Origin: a virus
Taxonomy: Duplodnaviria; Caudoviricetes
Length of the DNA stretch: 32,696 nt
Virus record (IMG/VR): IMGVR_UViG_3300044475_000307
Location: 1 to 32,696 of that record
Direction: 5' to 3' (one strand)
The notes beneath the pieces are model-generated. The model was not told the DNA's origin, made no database searches, and saw only the letters and a program-made list of their open reading frames with translations. Positions 25,547 to 32,696 of this stretch are shown in pieces (position 1 is the first letter of the stretch; every line of letters begins with the position of its first letter). The translations under genes and the position numbers were made by a program.

Positions 25547-26248
25547 TTAGCCGGCTGTGCCGGCGTGTTTCTTGAGGAGGCGCTCAGCGCGCTCCAGGTC
25601 TTTCTTGCCGCCGCAGCTGCTGTGTAGCTCGATGGCACGTTTGAGCAGGTCGATACCGGCTTGAAGCTGGCCCGGCTGCCCTGGCTGGTCATCGGTGATG
25701 CCTTCCAAGGTGGCGCGGCCAAGGGCCAGAATCAGCTTGGCGCGGGCTTCGTCCGGCATGTCCTGGTCGTCGGTCAGCACGGCGGTATCGGTGAGGATCT
25801 GCAGCGAGAAACTGCCGCCGGCCTTTTGTGCCTTGAGGGCAGCGGTGGCCACTTCCTCGGCCACCAGGCAGCCGGTGGTGCGGTTGAACCGGTCGGGCAT
25901 TGGTAGCTTGTGGCGTAGGACATAGCCGGCGACCTGAAGCCCACCGGCAAAGTCGCCGGCGTCGAAGCGCCAGACCATCAGGGTGGTGAGCACGTCGTCC
26001 TGGGCGCCTTGGCCGGCCGCGAGCACACCGTCAACGTAGGGCACGTAGTCCGGCAGCATTTCGGCCTTGAGCTTGGCTTTGCCCTCCTGGGACTGCACCT
26101 GCTTAAGGCGGAATTGATCCTGCTGCAGCTTGGCCAGCATCACTTCATAGCCGGTGGCGCCTTCCATCAGGGCGGCAGGGGCGGCGGCTGCCGCCTCCTG
26201 GGCTGCGCGTTTGCGCAGCTGGTTGCGTTGGGCAAGGGTCAGGGCCAT
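25547..26248 (-). CDS. gpM: Terminase small/endonuclease subunit gpM
   Basis: LKQVQSQEGKA..GAQDDVL..WRFDAGD..DMPDEARAKL..GGKKD. Confidence 0.95.
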   Translation of the reverse strand: MALTLAQRNQLRKRAAQEAAAAAPAALMEGATGYEVMLAKLQQDQFRLKQVQSQEGKAKLKAEMLPDYVPYVDGVLAAGQGAQDDVLTTLMVWRFDAGDFAGGLQVAGYVLRHKLPMPDRFNRTTGCLVAEEVATAALKAQKAGGSFSLQILTDTAVLTDDQDMPDEARAKLILALGRATLEGITDDQPGQPGQLQAGIDLLKRAIELHSSCGGKKDLERAERLLKKHAGTAG

Positions 26249-26251
26249 GGC

Positions 26252-27259
26252 TTACACCCGCTCGATGTTTTCGACCAGGGCGACCAGGCCGAGGTCTTCG
26301 ATGACGTAGGCGTCATTGGAGGACTGATAGTCGGCGACGCGGTCGTATTCAGGTTCGTCCTTCAGGTGACGGCGGCGGGCGCTTTCCTGCCAGTAGATGG
26401 ACAGGTTGGCCAGGGTGGTGACCAGCACGCCACCCTCGATGAAGAACGGTGCATCTTCGATCTTCAGGCCACCCAGACGACCCTTGGTGACGATTTCGTC
26501 GGCGGCGTTCTCTTCCTGGTTGGAGGCGGCGCCTTTCTCGACTGCAGCCAACTGCTTGTCGTGCAGCAAGGCGCGATCAACGATGACCACCAGATCGGTG
26601 CGCTTGCGATGCCACGGGTCCAGCATCTGGACGGCATCGAAGACCAGCCCATCGAGGGTCTTGTAATCGCCAGTGGCACCGACGGTGACCCTGCCAGGGG
26701 TGGCGCCTTCGTCAAGAACGCGCTCCGGCGCGGCAGTACGGATCTTTTGCAGCCAACCGATGTTGACGTCCTGCAGCAGTTGGTTGGTGGCCCGGTCGGT
26801 AGCCGCGGCGGCGCTGGTGCCGTTGAAGCCGATCATGATGCGGTCGAGGCCTTGGCGCTGTGCAATGGACGTCGCCAGGCGTACCTGGAAGTCGGGGAAC
26901 TTGGCCCAGGCATCCAGCAGCTGATAGGGGAACGAGGTGTCGAAGTCCGTTTTCTTGCAGTTGTAGCTGTCCTTTTTCAGGTCAACCACGTTCGCCGGGT
27001 TACGGCGGTTGCCGCCGGCGGTGTTGGTGCGGCTGGCCGTCGGGCCGTTCACGCCCAAGGCAATGGCTTCGCCTTCTTGGTCGTTGACGCCGATGATGTT
27101 GATTCGCTTGAGGAAGTCGCTCGACTCCTGAATGGCCGTCTCCAGCTTCTGTTGGACCGAGGGGGTGACACTGAAACTCTCTGCGGCGTTGGGCACGCTA
27201 TTGAGCTTGGCGATGTGAGCCAACAGTCCGTTGTATACGAGGCGGGTTTCGTTACGCAT
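26252..27259 (-). CDS. gpN: Major capsid protein gpN (P2 family)
   Basis: MRNETR..FSVTPSVQQKLE..LDAWAKFPDFQ..LDRIMIGFNG..QDVNIGWLQ. Confidence 0.97.
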   Translation of the reverse strand: MRNETRLVYNGLLAHIAKLNSVPNAAESFSVTPSVQQKLETAIQESSDFLKRINIIGVNDQEGEAIALGVNGPTASRTNTAGGNRRNPANVVDLKKDSYNCKKTDFDTSFPYQLLDAWAKFPDFQVRLATSIAQRQGLDRIMIGFNGTSAAAATDRATNQLLQDVNIGWLQKIRTAAPERVLDEGATPGRVTVGATGDYKTLDGLVFDAVQMLDPWHRKRTDLVVIVDRALLHDKQLAAVEKGAASNQEENAADEIVTKGRLGGLKIEDAPFFIEGGVLVTTLANLSIYWQESARRRHLKDEPEYDRVADYQSSNDAYVIEDLGLVALVENIERV

Positions 27260-27289
27260 GGGTGATTCTCCGGTGATCGGTCGGGCGGG

Positions 27290-28144
27290 TTAGAAGGAAG
27301 ACAGCACGGCACCATCGCCGCCCGTTGCTGGCGGTCGTTGCGTCTGGCTGTGGTCTTCGGTGTCACCCAGGCGCTTGACCAGATCGCTGAACTTGGACTC
27401 GAGCTGCTCAAAGCGCGTTTGCAGTTCCTGGCGGGCTTGCTGTTCAGCGGTGAAGGCTTCGGCCTGCTGGCTGCCATGGGTGGCCAGGCTTTCGATCAGT
27501 TCGCCCAAGGCGGCGAAGCTGGCGGCGTCCTTGCGTTCTTTTTCCTTGCTCTTGCCGAGCAGCTCACCGACCTTTTCTTTCAGCGCAGTGAACATGCTGG
27601 GAGCGTCGGTGAATTCTTCGAACTCCAAAGTGGTTTCTTCCGCAGCAGTGAACAGGTTGTCTTTGTCCTGTTTACGACTGGCCAGGGTGCCGTGCTGCGC
27701 GCTGAACGACAGCGCCTCGGTGCCGAGGCTGGCCGGGGTGTCGGTGATGGCGAGGCCAACCAGGTAGGCCTTGCCGCTGTCGGCGAACTTCGGCCGTACC
27801 TCGATCGAGGTGTAGATCTTCTGGCCAGCCTTGTTCAGGGCGAGCAGAGCGTCGTTGGGCTGAAGCTGGCCGAACAGGGCCAGCTTCTTGACCCCGGCAA
27901 TCTCGACTTCTTCAGCCTTCAGGGCCAGAACGTCACCGTAGGCACCGAACTCACCACCGGGCCAGTAACCCTTTATGTGCTCGCAGTTGATCCGCGCGCC
28001 GTAGGTGTTGGGGCTGTAGGTGCTGGCCATATCCTCGATCCAGCTGCGCTCGATGTTGCGTCCGTCAGTGGTGGCGCCTTCTACGGCGATGCGGGTCCAT
28101 TTGGAGCGGTACTTCTTGGCTGGGGTGTCGGTCTTGCCGGCCAT
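27290..28144 (-). CDS. gpO: Capsid scaffolding/protease gpO
   Basis: RIAVEGATTDGR..YGARINCEH..QKIYTSIE..YLVGLAITDTPASLGTE; start ATG 28144 preferred. Confidence 0.95.
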   Translation of the reverse strand: MAGKTDTPAKKYRSKWTRIAVEGATTDGRNIERSWIEDMASTYSPNTYGARINCEHIKGYWPGGEFGAYGDVLALKAEEVEIAGVKKLALFGQLQPNDALLALNKAGQKIYTSIEVRPKFADSGKAYLVGLAITDTPASLGTEALSFSAQHGTLASRKQDKDNLFTAAEETTLEFEEFTDAPSMFTALKEKVGELLGKSKEKERKDAASFAALGELIESLATHGSQQAEAFTAEQQARQELQTRFEQLESKFSDLVKRLGDTEDHSQTQRPPATGGDGAVLSSF

Positions 28145-28199
28145 GCTGGGAGTCCTCATGCGGTGGCGTTGTGCCTGGCGATGAGGGCATGGTCGGCAT

Positions 28200-28276
28200 C
28201 GCGCGATGGCGCGGCAACGCGGTGCAGTTGTAGGTGGGCGGTTTACAGGGCGCGGCGATAGGGTCGCGCGCGCGCG
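28200..28276. promoter_or_regulatory. Divergent late promoters for O and P sharing one putative Ogr site
   Basis: TGTAGG-tgggcggt-TTACA (28229-28247), flanked by CG tracts at 28200-28205 and 28265-28276. Confidence 0.72.
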
Positions 28277-28294
28277 AACGGCAGCATCTGCGGC

Positions 28295-30049
28295 ATGAAC
28301 GCTATCGTCGACCTACCCACTGATCACCGCCGCCATGCCAAACACCTGTATTGGCAGGGCTACCGTGTGTGCGAGATCGCCGAGCTGATCGGCGAGAAGG
28401 AAAAGACCCTTCACAGCTGGAAGGCTCGCGACGAATGGGACCGGGCCACGCCGCTCCAGCGAATTCAGGCGGCCACCGAGGCGCGCCTGGTACAGCTGCT
28501 CCTGAAGGATCCCAAGTCGGGGACGGACTTCAAGGAGATTGACCTGCTCCACCGGCAAATGGAGCGGCAGGCTCGAATTCAACGCTACCAGGACGGCGGT
28601 ACCGAAACCGACCTCAACCCCGAACTGGCCAAGCGCAACGCCGGGGAAAAGCGTAAACCCAAGCGCAACGACATCCCAGAGGAACTGGTCGAGAAGCTGG
28701 TCGAGGCGTTTCTCGATGGCTGTTTCGACTACCAGAAGGACTGGTACCGGGCGGGCAATCAGCGCACCCGGGCCATCCTGAAGAGCCGGCAGATCGGGGC
28801 AACGTTCTACTTTGCACGCGAAGCGTTGATCGACGCGCTGACCACCGGTCGCAATCAGATTTTTCTGTCGGCCAGCAAGGCTCAGGCCCATATCTTCAAG
28901 GCCTACATTCAGGCGTTCGCCCGCGACACGGTGGGGGTTGAGCTCACGGGGGATCCGATCATCCTGCCCAACGGTGCCGAGCTGCATTTCCTCGGGACCA
29001 ACGCGCGGACTGCCCAGGGCTACCACGGCAATTTCTACTTCGACGAATTCTTCTGGACCTTCAAGTTCAACGAGCTGAACAAGGTCGCCTCCGGCATGGC
29101 GATGCAGAAGCAGTACCGCCGTACCTACTTCTCGACGCCGAGCTCGATGGCGCATGAGGCCTACACCTTCTGGACCGGAGAGCGGTTCAACAAGGGCAAA
29201 CCGAGCGCCCAGCACCTGAAACTCGACGTCAGCCATGACGCCTTGCAGCAGGGCAAGCTCTGCGACGACCGGATCTGGCGACAGATCGTTACCATCCTGG
29301 ACGCCGAGGAGCGGGGCTGCGACCTGTTCGACATCGATGAGCTGAGGCTCGAGTACGACGCGGCAGCGTTCCAGAACCTGCTGATGTGCCAGTTCGTCGA
29401 CGATGGAGCGAGCATCTTCCCGCTGAACATGCTGCAGCCGTGCATGGTGGACAGTTGGTCTGTCTGGGAAGACTACAAGCCGTTTGCCGCAAGACCCTTT
29501 GCCGATCGGCAGGTCTGGGTCGGGTATGACCCTGCCGAGTCGGGCGATACCGCTGGCCTGATCGTGGTGGCGCCGCCGCTGGTACCGGGCGGCAAGTTCC
29601 GTGTCCTGGAGCGGCACCAGTTCCGGGGGATGGACTTCACCGCCCAGGCCGAGACTATTCGTCAAGTAACACGACGCTACTGGGTCACCTACATCGGCAT
29701 CGACACCACTGGGCTCGGCAGCGCGGTGGCCCAGCTGGTGCGCCCGTTCTTCCCGGCGCTGCGCACGTTCTCCTATAACCCCGAGGTCAAGACTCGCCTG
29801 GTGATGAAGGCATGGGACGTGATCAGCAAGGGGCGGCTGGAGTTCGATGCCGGCTGGACCGACCTGGCTCAGTCGCTGATGGCCATCCGCAAGACCGTCA
29901 CCCCGGGCGGTCGCCAGTTCACCTACACCGCCGGTCGCAACGACAACACCGGCCACGCCGACTTGGCGTGGGCGCTCTTCCACGCATTGCACAACGAGCC
30001 GCTGGAGGGCCAGACCGTGGCCAACACCGGCATCATGGAGATTTACTGA
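28295..30049 (+). CDS. gpP: Terminase large (ATPase) subunit gpP
   Basis: LKSRQIGAT Walker A-like motif, YFDEFFW Walker B, GYDP and HADLAWA nuclease motifs. Confidence 0.97.
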   Translation: MNAIVDLPTDHRRHAKHLYWQGYRVCEIAELIGEKEKTLHSWKARDEWDRATPLQRIQAATEARLVQLLLKDPKSGTDFKEIDLLHRQMERQARIQRYQDGGTETDLNPELAKRNAGEKRKPKRNDIPEELVEKLVEAFLDGCFDYQKDWYRAGNQRTRAILKSRQIGATFYFAREALIDALTTGRNQIFLSASKAQAHIFKAYIQAFARDTVGVELTGDPIILPNGAELHFLGTNARTAQGYHGNFYFDEFFWTFKFNELNKVASGMAMQKQYRRTYFSTPSSMAHEAYTFWTGERFNKGKPSAQHLKLDVSHDALQQGKLCDDRIWRQIVTILDAEERGCDLFDIDELRLEYDAAAFQNLLMCQFVDDGASIFPLNMLQPCMVDSWSVWEDYKPFAARPFADRQVWVGYDPAESGDTAGLIVVAPPLVPGGKFRVLERHQFRGMDFTAQAETIRQVTRRYWVTYIGIDTTGLGSAVAQLVRPFFPALRTFSYNPEVKTRLVMKAWDVISKGRLEFDAGWTDLAQSLMAIRKTVTPGGRQFTYTAGRNDNTGHADLAWALFHALHNEPLEGQTVANTGIMEIY

Positions 30050-31098
30050 TGAGCAGCCACCAGGAACTGGCCACCGTGCCGCAATCCCCCGAGGGTGAGC
30101 TACTGGCCCAGGCCCAGGGGCGGCAGTCGATGGCGTTCACCTTCGGTGATCCGGTACCGGTGCTCGATGGCCGGGAAATCCTTGATTACCTGGAGTGCTG
30201 GTCCAATGGGCGCTGGTACGAGCCGCCGGTCTCGCTGACCGGCCTGGCGAAGTCGTCGAAGGCGAGCGTCTACCTGCAGTCGGGCCTGATCTTCAAACGC
30301 AACGCGCTGGCCCGCACGTTCATACCGCACCGACTCCTGAGCCGGCAGGCGTTCGAGCAGATCGCCATGGACTGGGGCTGGTCGGGCAACCTCTATCTGG
30401 AGAAGCGCGACAACATGCTGCGCCAGGCGATCGGCCTGCAACCCTGCCTAGCCAAGTACATGCGCCGAGGGATTGATCTGGATACTTACTACCAGGTTCG
30501 CGGCTGGAAGGATGAGCACGCGTTCAAGCCCGGTAGCGTGTGCCACCTGCGGGTGGCAGATATCAGCCAGGAGATCTACGGGCTTCCCGAATGGTTACCG
30601 GCCTTGCAGAGCGCGCTGCTCAATGAGAGCGCCACCCTGTTCCGTCGCAAGTACTACCAGAACGGCAGCCATGCTGGGTTCATCATGTACATGACTGACG
30701 CTGCGCAGAATGAGGACTTCGTCAATGACCTGCGCACGGCGATGAAGAACAGCAAAGGCCCGGGCAACTTCCGCAACCTGTTTATGTACGCACCAGGTGG
30801 AAAGAAGGACGGCCTACAGTTGATCCCGATCAGCGAGGTGGCGGCCAAGGATGACTTCGGCGCGATCAAGAACATCAGCCGCGACGACCAACTCGCTATG
30901 CTGCGCATCCCTCCGCAACTGATGGGGGTGGTGCCTCAGAACGCAGGAGGCTTCGGCTCGATCCGAGATGCAGCCGAGATCTGGGCCATCAATGAACTGG
31001 AGCCGGAGCAAGCCAGACTACTGCAAATAAATGAATGGTTGGGCGAGGAAGTGATCCGCTTCAAACCACACGAGGGGCCTGCCGATAAAAGAAGCTGA
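30049..31098 (+). CDS. gpQ: Portal protein gpQ
   Basis: From ATG 30049 (overlapping the P stop): AFTFGDP..WYEPP..QEIYGLP..LNESATLFRRKYY.NGSHAG..GPGNFRNLF. Confidence 0.96.
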   Translation: MSSHQELATVPQSPEGELLAQAQGRQSMAFTFGDPVPVLDGREILDYLECWSNGRWYEPPVSLTGLAKSSKASVYLQSGLIFKRNALARTFIPHRLLSRQAFEQIAMDWGWSGNLYLEKRDNMLRQAIGLQPCLAKYMRRGIDLDTYYQVRGWKDEHAFKPGSVCHLRVADISQEIYGLPEWLPALQSALLNESATLFRRKYYQNGSHAGFIMYMTDAAQNEDFVNDLRTAMKNSKGPGNFRNLFMYAPGGKKDGLQLIPISEVAAKDDFGAIKNISRDDQLAMLRIPPQLMGVVPQNAGGFGSIRDAAEIWAINELEPEQARLLQINEWLGEEVIRFKPHEGPADKRS

Positions 31099-31225
31099 AT
31101 ATACCGAAAAATAATATGGTAATTGGTATTAAATTGGGTGGTTGTATTTGGTAGGGTAGAAGAGTTTTACGTGTGTGGGCCTGCTAAAGTGGTGGTAATA
31201 AATTATGGTGCTTTAGTTGGGGGGC

Positions 31226-31248
31226 AAAGCCTGCATGTTGCAGGCTTT
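31226..31248. terminator. Perfect hairpin between convergent Q and the HEPN gene; probable terminator
   Basis: AAAGCCTGCA-tgt-TGCAGGCTTT, 10 nt beyond the HEPN gene stop; T-tracts are short. Confidence 0.55.
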
Positions 31249-31258
31249 AGGTGGGAGG

Positions 31259-32224
31259 TTATTCGGCCATTATCCGGTCATATCTGTTCTGGCAGTAGCT
31301 GCACACATTGCTGTAAAAAGCTTCATCAACTGTCAGCGGGCTTTCGCACCATTTGCATTTTGTTGATTCCGGCCCTTCAAAGCAGGATACACAAATTGCT
31401 TTACTATGAATGTATGTCACTTTGCCACATGCTGGGCAGTCAGAGTTTACGGGGTCGCCCCCATCCTTGATAGACCAAAAATTCTCGGACTCCATGGTCG
31501 ACTCAACAGCCGGTCCCACAACATCGCTATAAAGAGCTTCACACTGGCAGGCGCTGCACCTAAAGGTAAGAGAGTCCCTTACCGCTTTTACGTCAATGGC
31601 TCGAATCAAATGAGAGTCACACTCCGGGCATACCATTTCTGGTACGGACCGCGCGACCACATCATAGGACCAATCTACAGATCTGAGATTGTGTAGACAG
31701 GCTGCCAACTCGGCATCGTAGACTGTTGCCTCCGCGAGCATGAGGCCCCAGCAATCCGAGCCGAATAAGTCCTGAGGTAATACTTCTAAGTAAGGCTCAC
31801 AGAACTCAACGATCAGGTGCAGTGCGTTGGAGACCGCTTCCCGCATTTTGTTTTCAGGTAGCCGAGCATAGTAGTGCTCAATGTCGTTCCTGATTCTTTG
31901 TAGTTCATTAAGTTTATTCCAGCTGACTCCATCAATGCCTAACGAAGTTAGGCGCTCTTGGATGTCAATTACCTCCACCGTCTTTCTTCCTTTGCCAATC
32001 CAGGCAATTTCACCTGTATCCTTGTTGCGGCTCGGGATGACTTTAGTCTTTAGTAAAACTTCATCTGAGTCCTTCGGGCTCATCTCCTGGAGCTTATGCT
32101 TAAACAGAAGAAGAATGCCAGCATAGATGTTACGGATTGCCGATAGTACTCGACGCGGCTCATCGCTTTCGAAATCCTCCATTCCAATCTGGATAGAGGC
32201 GACAGCGTTACTGAGGATTGACAT
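31259..32224 (-). CDS. Putative HEPN-domain nuclease with three C-terminal zinc ribbons; candidate anti-phage moron
   Basis: Helical N-terminal domain with R-N-D-I-E-H (Rx4H); six CxxC pairs (CPEC, CSAC, CPAC, CVSC, CKWC, CSYC); lower GC; convergent with the portal gene. Confidence 0.72.
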   Translation of the reverse strand: MSILSNAVASIQIGMEDFESDEPRRVLSAIRNIYAGILLLFKHKLQEMSPKDSDEVLLKTKVIPSRNKDTGEIAWIGKGRKTVEVIDIQERLTSLGIDGVSWNKLNELQRIRNDIEHYYARLPENKMREAVSNALHLIVEFCEPYLEVLPQDLFGSDCWGLMLAEATVYDAELAACLHNLRSVDWSYDVVARSVPEMVCPECDSHLIRAIDVKAVRDSLTFRCSACQCEALYSDVVGPAVESTMESENFWSIKDGGDPVNSDCPACGKVTYIHSKAICVSCFEGPESTKCKWCESPLTVDEAFYSNVCSYCQNRYDRIMAE

Positions 32225-32304
32225 GGTGTTTAAGCTCTTCCCTGAGAAAAAATGAGCAATCTACCTTCCTAGCAGTTACTTCGCCAGTACCTGGCTGTTG
32301 AGTC

Positions 32305-32335
32305 TGGCGCGCGCACTCGTCCCCGGCACGCTAAA
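32305..32335. other. cos-like sequence, apparently degenerate
   Basis: Minus strand AGCGTGCCGGGGACGAGTGCGCGCGCC resembles the P2-family cohesive end (P2 GGCGAGGCGGGGAAAGCAC) and lies in the expected position beyond Q. Confidence 0.5.
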
Positions 32336-32462
32336 GCTTCGGCAGGACCGCACTGAGCAAACGCTGTTGGCTTTTACGGTTCTTTCCGCTTGCCCAGGAC
32401 ATAGTAGCGCGACGTCCCATTGGGTGACCTGAACTCGTCAACCTGCACCAGCGTGATCAAGC

Positions 32463-32696
32463 TTAGCCCTCGATGGCCTTCAACTCGGCCTTGCGCTGGT
32501 TGCGCTGCTTGTCGACCGCATCGTTCAGGCGGCCGTACTCGGTCCAGTCGATCAGCCCTTCAGCGTACAACGCCTCCACGTACCCCCGGGCCCAGAGATT
32601 AAGCAGATCGATAGCCGTAGACGACTCGGCGCCGGCGATCTTGGCAATCTGCTCCTGTGCTCGGCCCAAGGTGGAGGGATTGTTCTGTTCGGTCAT
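32463..32696 (-). CDS. Hypothetical 77-aa helical protein
   Basis: Intact ORF with an ARGYVEALYAEGLI core. Its start is at the window edge, so upstream context is unseen. Confidence 0.65.
   Translation of the reverse strand: MTEQNNPSTLGRAQEQIAKIAGAESSTAIDLLNLWARGYVEALYAEGLIDWTEYGRLNDAVDKQRNQRKAELKAIEG

Larger units (their letters stand above)
894..32696. mobile_element. P2-like (phiCTX-type) prophage integrated at the tRNA-Ser 3' end; right end (attR) not seen
   Basis: The integrase lies immediately downstream of the tRNA and converges on it. Head, tail and lysis genes are in P2 order. I found no second copy of the tRNA 3' end in the window, so the right boundary is unresolved. Confidence 0.93.

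Noticed and set aside
28313-29992. 559-aa antisense ORF opposite the terminase (similarly 26009-27265, 27338-28261, 21820-22989, 17983-18912, 15685-16632, 4111-5013)
   Set aside because: Shadow ORFs expected opposite GC-rich genes. They have no recognisable motifs and largely or fully overlap well-supported phage genes.
29812-30048. N-terminal extensions in the ORF track for Q (also I, S, X, V, lysB, lysC and the 8456 start)
   Set aside because: They overlap upstream genes or promoters. Downstream starts with stop/start coupling or an RBS fit better.
31123-31470. 115-aa plus-strand ORF as an antitoxin for the HEPN gene
   Set aside because: Non-ATG start, no clear RBS, mostly antisense to the HEPN gene, and no recognisable motif.
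32258-32286. sigma70 promoter for the HEPN gene (TGGCGA-17-TAGATT, minus strand)
   Set aside because: The -35 match is only 3 of 6. Plausible, but too weak to list as a feature.
32225-32696. attR copy of the tRNA-Ser 3' end
   Set aside because: No match to TTCGAATCTCTACGCTTCCGCCA was found by eye. It is probably beyond the window or has been lost.

Overview
High-GC, Pseudomonas-like chromosome. The host gene yccA (minus strand) and tRNA-Ser(TGA) are followed by a P2-like (phiCTX-type) temperate myophage prophage, inferred to be inserted at the 3' end of the tRNA. From left to right the prophage carries: a tyrosine integrase; three tiny hairpin-led early ORFs; a Zn-finger/TOPRIM/P-loop primase-helicase; Ogr-like, CII-like and Cro/Ner-like regulators; a divergent CI-like repressor followed by a lysogeny-strand cluster (lipoprotein, an uncalled 53-aa protein resembling the CI C-terminal helices, a low-GC membrane protein); a tail module (D,U,T,E/E',FII,FI,H,I,J,W,V,S,R) with no gpG; a lysis cassette; head and packaging genes (X,L,M,N,O,P,Q); then a low-GC HEPN (RxxxxH) plus triple-zinc-ribbon gene, a degenerate cos-like site and a small hypothetical ORF. 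I did not find attR in the window. The best leads are the HEPN-zinc-ribbon candidate anti-phage gene in the portal-cos slot, the possible SinI-style repressor-mimic antirepressor, the SGNH-esterase tailspike in place of the usual gpH/gpG fibre pair, and the repeated hairpin+RBS cassettes in the early region. All family calls come from motif recognition and synteny. No database searches were run.
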